DNA of 64,000 nt from an uncultured Spirochaetota bacterium (GTDB lineage Bacteria > Spirochaetota > Spirochaetia > SZUA-6 > Fen-1364): NCBI GenBank assembly GCA_963820525.1, contig CAWGAA010000001.1, forward strand, positions 1,088,001 to 1,152,000, in the 5' to 3' direction. The position numbers and the translations under genes are program-made. Shown here in pieces: positions 17,796 to 28,456 of this stretch (positions within the stretch are counted from its first letter, which is position 1; each line of letters starts with the position of its first letter). Below the pieces are notes generated by a model. That model had not been told where the DNA came from. It ran no database searches and saw nothing but the letters and a program-made list of their open reading frames with translations.

Positions 17796-20700
17796 TCAGC
17801 GTCTCCGCAGCACGATCCCGTCAAAGGGCTCCAAGACCACCTCGCGAGCGGGACTCCCATCATTGTAGCGCGCTGCCGACTCGACGTAGACCGCGTCCGC
17901 GTACAGAAGCCCTTGACCTTGGGAGTTCCTTATCCGCAGTATGGGTCTGTCCCGCGTTTTGAGGGCGACCTGCGCAACATCCCGCCACGCGTCAGGGTTC
18001 CGCGTTTGATCTATTTTCGCGCTGGCGATGATCTTCCCCAGCGCCACGATCTCGTAGACGGCGGCCTTTGTCCTGGACGACCGGTTTGGCGCGTCGGGGA
18101 GCCATACGCGGATGGTATAGGTCCCATCCTCCGGAATCATCAGGTCGTATTCCGCCGCCGCGTCCCTTTGGACCGCTTCCCTGCAAGTCGATCCCCAGTC
18201 ATGGTAGAAAGGCGGCTCCACTTTCCATTCGTGCGTATCACGATGGACTGTCGACCAGCCGCCGGAAAACTTGACGCCCGGTCCGTCGTCGTCTATCACG
18301 TATTGCCGCTTCGGCGCCTGGGCGCCTACTATGCGCGAGAAGCCATCGCCCAGCGGGATAGTCTTCGGCTCGGAGGTCCCGTTGAGAAGGACGATGCCTT
18401 TCTCGAAATCCCTTCGGTAGACGTCCGGCGGCAGTTCGTCCATGAACACGTCGTCTATATGGACAACGCCCGTAGCATCCGCGAGAAAGAACTGCAGCCC
18501 CGCGTCCGAACGGCCGCCCGTCGCGGTGAATCCTACCGTATATTCCTTCCACTCGCGGCCCATCTCGAACCTCTTCCACAATCCCAGCCCCTCCCAGTCG
18601 CCCGCCCGCCGCTGCAGGGAGACGACTAGCGGCCGCGGGGTGTCCGCCTTGGCGGAGAATCGCACGACGTAAGAGACGCCCTTGCGTACCTTCACTCCAT
18701 CCCTGTAGAAATTGACGAAGTGGGGCTGGGCGGAAGGGGGCAGCGCGCGGACTTCGATACGGGCCGATCGCTGGCCGGAGGCGGCATCCGCGTCGTAGGA
18801 AAAATACGCCAACACGCCCTGATTCGGCTGAACGAAAAAGGACCACGAGGAATTTCCGGGGTTCTCGAAATCCCCGTCGGAGAAGAGGGGACGGGGGATG
18901 GGCTCCGGAGCGCCCGCCGTCCGAGCATACTCCGCGGGTCCGAGTGGAGCGCCGAGCCGGTAATCGAATTCGTCGTACGTCCATTCCTCGCAATAAAGCA
19001 CGTCGCTGAAATGGCGTTCGAAGAGCCCGTTCCCCATGAGGGCAAAGGCAAGGCCGAAACGCATGGACGGATACCAAGTCCGCGCGAAGTCAAGGACGCC
19101 GGGAGGAATGCGGCGTTCCGCCTCCTCGAAGGAGGAGTATACGCCGTACCCGTACCCCAGCTCGTTCGGCGCGCCCACGTCGATCACGCTGACGTTCGGT
19201 CCCATGCCGCCTTTCTCCCAGCCATGGTAGCGGTCCCAGATATCGCTGAACCTGATCCGGCCTTCAATGGCGTCGATGCAGATAAAAGCCAGGTTGTCGC
19301 CGTCGAAGTATTCACCGAGCTCATCGGCTCCTTTCGAAAGATGTCCCGTAGCGATCGCCCCGGGCATGGTTTCCCGCCAGAGGCGCACCATCTCCAGCAT
19401 CCCCTTCCTCCATGCTGCGTCCAAAACCACGGGGTCGTCCTCATTCCCGTCGCCGTCCGCGTCGATACGGATAGGATTGCCGTATGCGTCCTTCTTGTTA
19501 TAGGAAACATCCAGTATGAAGCTGTCAAAGAAGACGCCGTCGAAGAGCAGATCGGCGGCGGATATGGTCTCACGGATGCGCCGCGCATTGAACTCCACCA
19601 CTTCGGGTTTCGTGAGGTTCAGGCGGTGTGATCCGGGCCACAGTGTGATCCGCTCGCCGGAAACATCCCGGAGGTAATACTCATCCGGGATGGAAGGCTC
19701 GCCGTCGAAGTACTCCAAGGGCTGGAGCGTCGCCAGCAGGATGACGCCAGGGTTGACGCTTCTGATTCTACGCAGGCTTTGCGGATCGGCCCACCCAAGA
19801 ACGGCCAACTGGAGCCTGGCCGTATAGTCCCGGTATTCCGGATCCGCGAGCCGCCAGCTCCATAGATTCGCGATGCGGGGATAGTCCGCTTTCATGGCGG
19901 GCACGCTCCGATAGCTGAGCATGAGCGTGAAATCGGGGGCCGCCGAGGAACGCAGGTAGACCCGATTCATCTCCATGGGATCGGGAGAGAGGTTCCTGAT
20001 CTCGGTCTCGTGGACCGTCCTGCCGGAGCCCGAATCGAAGGGGTGCATCGAGCCAAAGGGCAGCTCCTCGTTCAAGGACCAGCGGACCTCGGCCGGCACG
20101 GGGCTCGAGACCCTCAGCCGCAACGACGTTGAGCCCGCGGGAAGGAGGGTCGAATCGGGGCGCGCATCCGAGAGGGGCGGGCCCAGGTAGATGAAGGATC
20201 CGCGGGCGGCGCCCGCGGTGATCGCGACCTCGTCCCCGGCCGAAAGGCCCGTCAGGGGGAAGATTACCTCGGCGGAAAAGGGCGGGTCGCGCCGAGCAGC
20301 TTCCGCAGCGACGCGGCTGGGGTCCAAAGTCTCGCGCGTGATGCGCACCGAGTCCATGGCGTACATGGGATTCCCGAGCGCAAAGCGCGTCGAACCCGCA
20401 GGCGCGACGTAGCGGCCTTCATTCGTGTCGCCCGCCGCCCGCCCGTCGACGTACATGCGCATATAGTTCTGCGACTCCGAGAAGACGAAGACGACGTGGT
20501 GCCAGCTGCCGGCCTTCCAGGAACGCATCGAACCTTCATTGGAATATGCGCTGAGATAAGCTCCTCCGATGGTCGCTTGAGCGCAGACGATTCCCGTAGA
20601 CGCTTGACGCACATAAAGCGAGTCGCCGTTCGACGCCGCATAAGCGAAGAACGGGAGGTCGGCGGCGTACCCCGCGGACGATCCGTCTCTTAAAGGGGAG

Positions 20701-21134
20701 ATCCAGAATTCGACGGTCCCCTGGTGGGGGTCATACAAGCCTTGTGTCGCGAAAGGGACGCCCCCGGACGGCGCAATAAAGCCCTGGCCGAAGCGGCCGG
20801 GGACGAATACGGCCCCGGCGGCAGAAATGGGCTTCTCACCCCGCGCCGTCACGAGGTCGCCGTCGGCCGCAAGATGGAAGGTCTCCGCGAGGGAGCCTTC
20901 CCTAGAGGGCACGTTATTCACTGTCCAGCGGTATGAGCTTCCCGGTCGAGCGGCAATGAGGTCAGCGGCTAAAAAACGATAGTCCGAGCTCGGCCGAAGC
21001 CGAATCGATGGCTCTTGGGGAAATGCCCTAATGGAGGCGGCGGCGAGGCAAACGATTAGGAGGGCACAGCGATGATACTCGCTTGGCGGGAACCTGATCC
21101 AGATTCGGGGAGTCATTAATCCAATCATTTTCAA
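17796..21134 (-). CDS. Large secreted modular glycoside-hydrolase-like protein (LamG, putative GH barrel, CBM4/9-like, golvesin-like domains)
   Basis: Signal-like N-terminus; GTVEFWI..WHHVVFVF..MYVDG (LamG); FDGVFFD, MRFGLAFALMGNG, VYRRDFEKGIVLLN; DGDFE..SW.F..YVVRFSAKAD (CBM). Confidence 0.7.
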   Translation of the reverse strand: MKMIGLMTPRIWIRFPPSEYHRCALLIVCLAAASIRAFPQEPSIRLRPSSDYRFLAADLIAARPGSSYRWTVNNVPSREGSLAETFHLAADGDLVTARGEKPISAAGAVFVPGRFGQGFIAPSGGVPFATQGLYDPHQGTVEFWISPLRDGSSAGYAADLPFFAYAASNGDSLYVRQASTGIVCAQATIGGAYLSAYSNEGSMRSWKAGSWHHVVFVFSESQNYMRMYVDGRAAGDTNEGRYVAPAGSTRFALGNPMYAMDSVRITRETLDPSRVAAEAARRDPPFSAEVIFPLTGLSAGDEVAITAGAARGSFIYLGPPLSDARPDSTLLPAGSTSLRLRVSSPVPAEVRWSLNEELPFGSMHPFDSGSGRTVHETEIRNLSPDPMEMNRVYLRSSAAPDFTLMLSYRSVPAMKADYPRIANLWSWRLADPEYRDYTARLQLAVLGWADPQSLRRIRSVNPGVILLATLQPLEYFDGEPSIPDEYYLRDVSGERITLWPGSHRLNLTKPEVVEFNARRIRETISAADLLFDGVFFDSFILDVSYNKKDAYGNPIRIDADGDGNEDDPVVLDAAWRKGMLEMVRLWRETMPGAIATGHLSKGADELGEYFDGDNLAFICIDAIEGRIRFSDIWDRYHGWEKGGMGPNVSVIDVGAPNELGYGYGVYSSFEEAERRIPPGVLDFARTWYPSMRFGLAFALMGNGLFERHFSDVLYCEEWTYDEFDYRLGAPLGPAEYARTAGAPEPIPRPLFSDGDFENPGNSSWSFFVQPNQGVLAYFSYDADAASGQRSARIEVRALPPSAQPHFVNFYRDGVKVRKGVSYVVRFSAKADTPRPLVVSLQRRAGDWEGLGLWKRFEMGREWKEYTVGFTATGGRSDAGLQFFLADATGVVHIDDVFMDELPPDVYRRDFEKGIVLLNGTSEPKTIPLGDGFSRIVGAQAPKRQYVIDDDGPGVKFSGGWSTVHRDTHEWKVEPPFYHDWGSTCREAVQRDAAAEYDLMIPEDGTYTIRVWLPDAPNRSSRTKAAVYEIVALGKIIASAKIDQTRNPDAWRDVAQVALKTRDRPILRIRNSQGQGLLYADAVYVESAARYNDGSPAREVVLEPFDGIVLRRR

Positions 21135-21512
21135 TGCTCCTATTGATACGATTCGATTTCCCCATGCACAGCCTAATCCGCCCTTACTTCCAGTGCAAGG
21201 GCGGGATGGACGCTAATGGGGGTGAGATTCCCAGGCACGAAACGAGATGTCTATAATCAGCCCGATTTTCAGCGTGCCGCTGGAATAGAGTGATAGGCAA
21301 AACGATAATTCCCCCCTTTTTCTAATATCGCCAGAGAATACATTCCACAGCCTCATCCTACACTGAAACGGCGGAGTGCGTAAGAGACAGAAGTCATTGC
21401 GTCCCTTTCAGTTCACTCCCCCCGCCCTCGGGAAGCGATGAAAGCCCGCATTTCACTCAGGTGACGGCCTTCCGCATGAGACACAAGACAGTTCTCTCCC
21501 TCTGCCCGTTTC

Positions 21513-21773
21513 ATGTTTAGGTTGAGTCTAAAGGAAGTGCATGAATTGAATGAACAAAACGTCCCTCTTAAACAAGGGCGAAACATTAAACACTTGCCGA
21601 GAGCTTTTACGATCTTTGGCATCCTCATGCTCACGGGCACGTTGCGAAGCGAGAAAGTTGCGGACATGAACCGGCGAATCTTGAAAGTGTTCTGGGACAT
21701 CATGTTCAATTCAATCCCTTCGCCTCAATTTGTGACCTTGAATAAGGTCTTTCGAGAGCTGTTTCCAGTGTAG
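21513..21773 (+). pseudogene. ORF6N-domain (phage antirepressor-like) remnant
   Basis: FMFRLS..E...KHLPRAFT.FGILML.G.LRSE.VADMN..ILKVF pattern; lower-GC patch. Confidence 0.5.
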
Positions 21774-21972
21774 ATTAGCCGTAACTGTTTGTCATATCTA
21801 CAGTTAGGCGCTTAGACTCGCCTCTCTATCTCTTGATACTTCCCCCATAAACGATCTGTCGCAAAGGTGTTTCTATTGAAGCTTTCCATTTGATACACTG
21901 CTGTCGTACCGCGTCCGGATGCATGCCTTGAAAAATCTATCCTGAGAAATCACAGATCGAGGAGGATTGAAT

Positions 21973-23139
21973 ATGTCGGAAATCGAACAGCTGGCCGTTC
22001 ACACCGGCACTGTCGATGTGCCCCCCGCGGAAGTCGGTTACGACGAAGAAGCGATCAGGAGACTGGATGCCCACCTGCAAGGGCTTGTCCGGGAGAACAA
22101 GCTGCAGGGCGCCAGCTACCTTCTTGCCCGATACGGAAAGGTTTTCGCCTGCAAGTCGATGGGCAGGCTGACTCACCACCAGGGCAGCTCCGACCTTCTG
22201 ACGGATTCACTGTGGTGCATTGCATCGATCACCAAGCTCTTCACCGCCATGGCGATCATGACGCTGGTCGAATCCGGCAGGCTGTATCTCGGCAAGCCGA
22301 TCGCCGAAATCATCCCGGAGTTTGGCACTGATACGCACAGGAAAATCACCATCTTTCATCTGTTGACCCATACCGCGGGCCTCATGCCGGATCCGGGCTA
22401 TTTCTTGGAACCCTATCCCCGTGGCTGGTGGGTGGCGCTCATGGCTCAGGAGGCGCCAGGATATCCGGAAGACCAGAAGATCGGCTGGATAAAGGCAGCC
22501 CTTTCGGGCGCCATGCACTGCAAGCCAGGCGAGAAATGGGGCTACTGCTCGGCTGGATTCTTGATCCTGGGCGAGATCATAAGCCGAGTTACAGATATGC
22601 CGTGCGAACAGTACATCGACGATCGTATCATAAAGCCTCTTGGTCTGAAGAATACTTTTTTCGATGTTCCACATGATTTGCAGGAGAATGTCTGCTTCAC
22701 CAACGACTGGGCCGAGAGAGAGTTGAAGAAGAGGGAAAAGGGAGCGGGACGGCCTCCGGGAACGGCAGGGGGTCTTTACTCCTCGCTCGCCGACTTGAAC
22801 ACGTTCGCACAAATGACCCTGAAGAACGGTCTCTCCAACGGTACCCGCATCGTGAGCCGGAAAACCATTGAATACATGACCAAGAATCACCTGCGGGGTG
22901 TCCCTGCCTTCCATTGGGGGGCGGAGATCAAGGATCACAGACACGGCCTCGGATTCGCGATTTACCAGACGGATCTCGTATCGCCTAATACCTATATCCA
23001 TGAAGGGGCGGGTCGCAGCGCACTTCAAATCGATCCCGATGAGGAGCTGGTCTCAGTGATCAATGTTCCTTCGACGGTGGACTGGCTGCCCGAGTCGATC
23101 ATCGGGACGCATTCGGTGATTTGGTCCGGCCTCCTTTGA
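21973..23139 (+). CDS. Serine hydrolase, beta-lactamase-related family
   Basis: SxxK (ASITK), HLLTHTAGL, PGEKWGYC, HEG; GGAGG RBS. Confidence 0.9.
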   Translation: MSEIEQLAVHTGTVDVPPAEVGYDEEAIRRLDAHLQGLVRENKLQGASYLLARYGKVFACKSMGRLTHHQGSSDLLTDSLWCIASITKLFTAMAIMTLVESGRLYLGKPIAEIIPEFGTDTHRKITIFHLLTHTAGLMPDPGYFLEPYPRGWWVALMAQEAPGYPEDQKIGWIKAALSGAMHCKPGEKWGYCSAGFLILGEIISRVTDMPCEQYIDDRIIKPLGLKNTFFDVPHDLQENVCFTNDWAERELKKREKGAGRPPGTAGGLYSSLADLNTFAQMTLKNGLSNGTRIVSRKTIEYMTKNHLRGVPAFHWGAEIKDHRHGLGFAIYQTDLVSPNTYIHEGAGRSALQIDPDEELVSVINVPSTVDWLPESIIGTHSVIWSGLL

Positions 23140-23164
23140 CAGGGACCTCGCGAGGAGCTGGCCC

Positions 23165-23599
23165 ATGGAGGCTCATGACCGCACGAATGGTCTTGGGAGC
23201 CAGGGTCCTCAGGGCAGTCGCCTTCGTCACGTACAAGGAGTGAGCGGCATACAGGAGCTTCAACTTCTCCAATATCTGTTGCAAGAACCGATGGCTTTTA
23301 GGTGGCAGACAGACGTATGGACTACCAAACGGATTGCAGATTCGATTGAAAGGAAGTTCGCCATAAGCTATCACTACGCGCATGTCAGCCGCATCATGCA
23401 TGCCTTGGAATGGAGTCCACAAAAGCCTGAACAGCGCGCTCTACAACGCAACGAGGCAGTCATCCAAGAGTGGAAGACTACCAACTGGAAGAGGATAAAA
23501 AAAACGCCACGCGGCTGGGCGCCCACCTTATTTTTATCGATGAATTGGGTTTCATGCAGCCCTACGATGAAAAGAGGTGCAATGCCGAAATCTCAATGA
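23165..23599 (+). mobile_element. IS630-family transposase remnant
   Basis: WTTKRIA..I..KF.ISYH..HVSRIM..L.WSPQKP..RA.QRNE; a shift at the A8 run 23497-23504 gives LIFIDELGF; truncated. Confidence 0.8.
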
Positions 23600-23657
23600 A
23601 CGTTGCTTGACATAGTGGGCGTGTTCCCAGAAGCGCACTCTCCTTTTCGGTGAGTAC

Positions 23658-24185
23658 ATGAACGAGCACCTCCTGCTCCTGCTGCCCCACCGCCAGTTCG
23701 TTTGGACCATACCTAAGATCTTACGATGCTATCTCAGGCACGACCGTAGCTTATATGCCGACATCGGCAGGCTCATATTCGAAATTCTGTCCTCCTATTT
23801 CAGTCAGGCTTCGGGCAGGCCGATCCAGGGAGCCATGGTCAGTAGCCATCAGACATTCGGACAATTCGCCGTTTGGAACCCTCACTGGCACACCATCGGG
23901 TTGGAAGGCGGATTCGACCGCTGCGATCGGTTCTTTTTCATTCCCCTGGGCGCCAACGAAGCTCTTGTGGAAATCTGGCGATGCAAGGTGGTTGCGTTGT
24001 TCCTCGATAAAGGCCTGCTGAATCCGAGTTTCGCCCAAACTCTGCTGAAGTGGCGCCACTCGGGCTTCTCAATCGAGAGCAGCACACGCATCTACGACGA
24101 GGATGCGCGCAGGGCATTGAGCCAGTACATCGTGCGCGCCCCGTTGTCGCTGACAATGCTCGAATGGGATCAGGAGCAGGACACC
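23658..24185 (+). mobile_element. IS91-family (HUH) transposase internal fragment
   Basis: LPHRQFVWTIPK.LR, QTFG...WNPHWH, WRHSGFSI, YIVRAPLSL. Confidence 0.8.
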
Positions 24186-24197
24186 GTTCGGGGGAGC
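24184..24197 (+). repeat. att junction 5 (tRNA 3'-end-like core)
   Basis: CCGTTCGGGGGAGC followed by AGGATCGGACAGGCAG, similar to the arm at 15211; hairpin 24206-24233 with T-run. Confidence 0.8.
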
Positions 24198-24513
24198 AGG
24201 ATCGGACAGGCAGTTGGGTTACCATCTGCCTGTTTTTTATATCCTGAGCGTAGTTGCGCGCCGCCTGTGCCATTCGGTGAATGATGTAGAACGGAGGCTT
24301 GAAGGCAAGGGCCACTTGGTCGTCCTTGAGCGCCGAGCCTGGCATGATGAAGTGCAGGAGAGCCGCCCGTTAGGCTTGGCCCCGCCTTCGGTAGAACACT
24401 TAGGCGTTCCAGGCGATCTCCAGGAGCCGGATCCCCTGCTCGATGTAGTTCTGGTCCGCCTTCTCGTGCCGCTCGATCTGAGCGCGGATTTAGGCCTGTT
24501 CCTCGCGCCACTG
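24186..24513 (-). pseudogene. C-terminal remnant of a large serine recombinase reading into the att core
   Basis: QWREEQA*IRAQIERHEKADQNYIEQGIRLLEIA.NA*VFY...RAALLHFI.PGS.LKD...AFKPPF then, after a shift, TACPILLPRT; three in-frame TAA. Confidence 0.7.
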
Positions 24514-24714
24514 AAAGAGGTTTCGGCGGTTGGCGGCCGCGCGGGAAGCGGGGATCAAGTACCTCATCCGCTTCGACCGGCTTCGGGCGACGCCGCTTCC
24601 GTTGCCGTAAAACCGTCTCCGAAAAAGCGGGACAGTCCGTCCCGGGCCGTCCTCGAGCCGTTTCCCTTGACGCGCTTCTCGGATGTTGTACCATTGAAGT
24701 ACGAGGTAGAACAA

Positions 24715-26636
24715 ATGAAAAGACGCGCGTTTTCCCTGGTATTGCTGGTAGCGTTAGGCTGGTTCGGGTGGTCGGAAAAACTGGTCATCCGGCCGGCCCA
24801 GGATCTCGGCAAGGGGTTCATAATGGGCGCCGACGTTTCGATGCTCGATCAGATCGAATCCCTCGGCGGCGCCTATTACGACGAGAATGGAAAGCGGGGC
24901 GATTGCCTCGCCATCCTGAAGGCCGGCGGCGTCAACTGGATCCGCTTGAGGATATGGAACGATCCCGTGAACAAGGAGGACGTTATCGAGGGCGACCGCG
25001 TCCTCTCGAAGGCGGGCGACCCGGCGGGCGGGGGGAACGACGACCTCGCCGCGTTTATACGCGTCGCCAAACGCGCGAAGAAACTCGGCCTCAAGGTATT
25101 GGCCGATTTCCACTACAGCGATTTCTGGGCCGATCCGGGCAAGCAATATACCCCCTACGCGTGGAAGGGCCTGGGCCTCGAGGAGCTCAAGAAGGAACTC
25201 TATCGCTATACCGACGCGAGCCTGAAAGCCATGCGCGCCGCGGGCGCGATGCCGGACATGGTTCAAGTCGGGAACGAGGTGGACGGCGGCTTCCTCTGGC
25301 CGGTCGGCAAGATATGGCAATCGGGAACCGACGAGCTGGTAGGCGGTGAGAGCGCTTTCATCGCCCTTCTAAAAGAGGCGGTCCGCGCCGTTCGCAACAA
25401 TGATCCGGCCAAGGGCAATCCCTCGAAACGGATCAAGGTAATGATCCACGTATCGAACGGCGGGGACAACGCGCTGTTCCGGAAAGTATTCGATCCCATA
25501 ATCGAAGGAGGCGTCGACTTCGACGTCATCGGCCTTTCCTTCTATCCGTATTGGCATGGCAAGCTCTCCGATCTTGCGGCGAACATGGCTAACCTCGCGA
25601 CCCGTTACGGGAAGGAGATGATCGTCGCGGAGACGGGGTACGCCTGGACCCTCGAACCTGGAGATTCCCTGGAAAACAGCTTCGGGCCGGGATCCGACAA
25701 GCTCGGCGGCTATAGGGCGACGGTCCAAGGCCAGGCGATTGCTTTATGCGATATCATCAGAACCGTCGCGGGCGCGCCCGCCTCCAAGGGCATCGGCATC
25801 TTCTACTGGGAACCGGATTGGATACCGGTCGCTGGGGCCGGCTGGAGGACGGGCGACGGTAGCTCATGGGAAAACCAGGCGCTGTTCGACTATACGGGGA
25901 AGGCCTTGCCCTCGATCAAGACGTTTAAGCTCGTCGCGGCGAAGGGGGAAATTCCCGATTTGAGGGTCATCGAAGTCGAGGGCGTCAAAACGAAGATCCC
26001 GGCCGGCGGAGTCCTCGCGCTGCCTCCCAAGGTACTGGCTACCTATTCGGATGATTCCTACCGAACCACGCAGGTGAATTGGAGCAAGCCCGATCCCGCC
26101 GCATTGAAAAACTCGGGACCCTCGAGGTAAAAGGCTCGGTGTGGGGATACAAGGGAGACGTGATCGCGACAGTCGAAATAGTCGCCGATGTCAACTTGAT
26201 ACCAGACTCGAGCTTCGAGTCTGGAGTTCTCGATCCCGGATGGGAGCTCTCCGGGGAGGGGGTCAAAGCCGCGCTGGTCGAGAGGAATCCGGGCAACGCG
26301 CACAGCGGCGAATACTCGTTCAAGTACTGGCTCGACAAGCCCTTTACGTTCACCCTCGTCCGGCGTTTCTCCGGGCTGAAGGACGGGACCTATACGCTTC
26401 GGGTCTGGGCCGCGGGAGGCGGAGGGGAGAAGGATTATTACCTATTCGCGCGGGACTACGGCGGTCCCGAACTGACTGCTAAAATCGTCAACACCGGTTG
26501 GCAGAAATGGAAGCTCTACGAGATCAAGGGCATACCCGTCAGCGGAGGCGTTTGCGTTATCGGGCTGTCGATGGACGGCAATCCGGGCAACTGGGGCAAC
26601 GCGGACGATATCGAGTTCACGCGCGACTCCGATTGA
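24715..26636 (+). CDS. GH53 endo-beta-1,4-galactanase with C-terminal Ig-like/CBM modules; single frameshift at the A-run ~26107
   Basis: FIMGADVS, NWIRLRIWNDP, DFHYSDFWADPGKQ, VQVGNE, SFYPYWHG, VAETGY, GIFYWEP, WENQALFD. Confidence 0.9.
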
Positions 26637-26787
26637 GGCGGACGCCGACGCGCTAGGCGTCTCGCCGGAGGCCGCGTTCCGCGGATCGACGCTCTTTCGA
26701 GTCGGCCCCGCCCTAAATGATAGCAGTTTTATACTCGGAGCAGGGCCGGCGGCGCTATTGGGCGACCGAGCCGTCTACGCCGTGCGA

Positions 26788-27011
26788 GAACTCGTTGTCG
26801 GAGGTGAAGCAGATTACGGTGCCAACTCCGTTCTCATCGATGCTTATCTTTTTCAGCGACAGCGGGGGTCGAGCGATGCATTGGACAGGGCCTCGCGGCC
26901 TCTGATCGAAAAAGCCGAAATGCGGATGGAATGGTCCACGGAAAAACCAGAGTGCATCCAGTTGATGAGGCTGGTGGCCAGATGCGCGTTGATCAGCTCT
27001 TTCTTCAGGAA
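26788..27011 (-). mobile_element. Second IS91-family transposase fragment (frameshifted)
   Basis: FLKKELINAHLATSLINWMHSGFSVDHSIRI..REALS/CIARPPLSL aligns with the 23658 fragment. Confidence 0.7.
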
Positions 27012-27364
27012 CCCGCACTTTCATTGCCTCGTTGTGGAAGTTTGTCCATATCCCCCTTCGACGATATCCAGCGGATGTCGGAGTACTTCCGTCGAGTGGT
27101 CATCAAGTTTTCCATAGCAAAAATTCGCTAAGGTATCAAAGGACCGGCTCCTTCTTCCAGCTCTGCCCGCCCGTTCATCCTCGTCATGCGCTCCCTGACG
27201 CACGGCGTCCCTGCTGCGCGTCCCCGCCTGCTCGGCGCCGTGCTTCGCAAGCGGAGCACGGCCGGCAGAGGAATGAGCCCTCATATAATGTGGGGAAGGA
27301 GGGGGTCGCAGGTACGGGTCCGTTTGCCTTGGACCGCAAATGGCAATATACTGTGAAGAATGTC

Positions 27365-27952
27365 ACGACGGGCAGGAGCCACCAGCGCGTGATGATACTG
27401 GAGGTGATGGGACGCACCGCTGGATGGATCGCGCTCGAGGCCGGGATTTCGGGCGGCGCACATATCATTCTCATCCCGGAGATCCCCTATTCCATAGATC
27501 GAATAGTCGAGAAAATCCAGCTCAGAGAAAAGGGAGGCAGCCCCTTTACCATAATGATGGTGGCTGAGGGCGCCCACGAGGAGGGCGGTGACGTCATCAC
27601 ACAGGCATCCGCCTCAACGCGGCTTCAGGGCGTTGTCCAACTCGGAGGGGTCGGATTCCATATCGCCGACGCGATAAAAAAGCGCATAGATCTTGAGGTT
27701 CGCTGCACGGTTCTTGGTCACATTCAGCGCGGGGGATCGCCCTGCGCCTTCGACTGCGTTCTGGGGACAAGGTTGGGCAGCTACGCCGTATAGGCCGCAG
27801 CGGAAGCGAAATTCGGCACCATGGTAGCCCTGAAAACCCCGGATATTGCCTTGGTTCCACTTTCGGAACTTGCGGGGAAAGTACGCAGGGTCCCGCCTGA
27901 TTCACAGCTCATCCAAAGCGCGGAGCTCATTGGAATCAGCATGGGGAGGTGA
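27365..27952 (+). pseudogene. pfkA: 6-phosphofructokinase C-terminal half with in-frame TAG (27791)
   Basis: SHQRVMILEVMGRTAGWIAL, ILIPE, VAEGA, TVLGHIQRGGSP. Confidence 0.85.
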
Positions 27953-27971
27953 GGCGGAGACTACGGCAGCG

Positions 27972-28084
27972 GTAGAAAGCGTTCCATTCTAATGTATTTG
28001 CCTTAGCTCCCCCTATTGGACGAGCTTCGAACCTACTGCTACGAGCATCAGATCGAGAGATCCCCGCGCTACTGGCGGTTGTGA
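27972..28084 (-). repeat. att junction 6, inverted (core GCTCCCCC at 28006-28013), R3 arm joined to the 'LPLLDELRTYCYE' arm
   Basis: R3 arm is an imperfect inverted copy of 28203-28236; the other arm matches 29995-30051 plus 31605-31626. Confidence 0.8.
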
Positions 28085-28202
28085 AGGGGTGTTCGAGGGA
28101 GTCCTTGGTTCTCAAGCGGAGAAAGGGCGGCAACGAGATGATGCCCTCGATTTGCGCGGGGGTTGCTCGGCGCGCGTTCGCTACCTATTGCCCCGGGGGA
28201 GC
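28085..28202 (+). repeat. att junction 7 (core 28195-28202) preceded by 'LIED' ORF remnant copy 4 on the minus strand
   Basis: CCGGGGGAGC; minus strand APPGQ*VAN..AQIEGIISLPPFLRLRTKDSLEHPF resembles LIEDTLQLPSLFRLRDHIDTEQPI. Confidence 0.7.
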
Positions 28203-28412
28203 AAAGACCAACACACTCGAACGGAGCGCTTTCTGGCTCACACTGGAAAGCGCTATTTTTATGCCTCCCTCCAACAGCTGAAAGGAGGAGATCAGGCCCG
28301 TCAAAGCTGTCTTTTGTTCGTCCTCGCGCTGCCTAAGCGCCTTCTGGATTCGGCTCCTGTATGCTGCGAATAAATTCTTGTCATCGGAGACGAGGCTTTC
28401 AAGTTCATCGAT
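28185..28412 (-). pseudogene. Probable C-terminal tail of a second large serine recombinase lineage crossing the core
   Basis: IDELESL..EQKTALTGLISSFQLLEGGIKIALS..KALRSSVLVFAPPGQ*; ends on the core. Confidence 0.5.
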
Positions 28413-28456
28413 GGATTGGCCAACGAGAGCCACGGCGGCCGGCCCAATAGGGTCAT

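Noticed and set aside
17243..17962. 239-aa ORF as one protein
   Set aside because: Chance read-through across three unrelated fragments.
21973..23139. Antibiotic-resistance beta-lactamases (also 41206-42417)
   Set aside because: No signal peptide and generic serine-hydrolase motifs; resistance function is unsupported.
24214..24714. N-terminal 167 aa of the 638-aa ORF
   Set aside because: Antisense to the recombinase remnant; the GH53 signal peptide starts at 24715.
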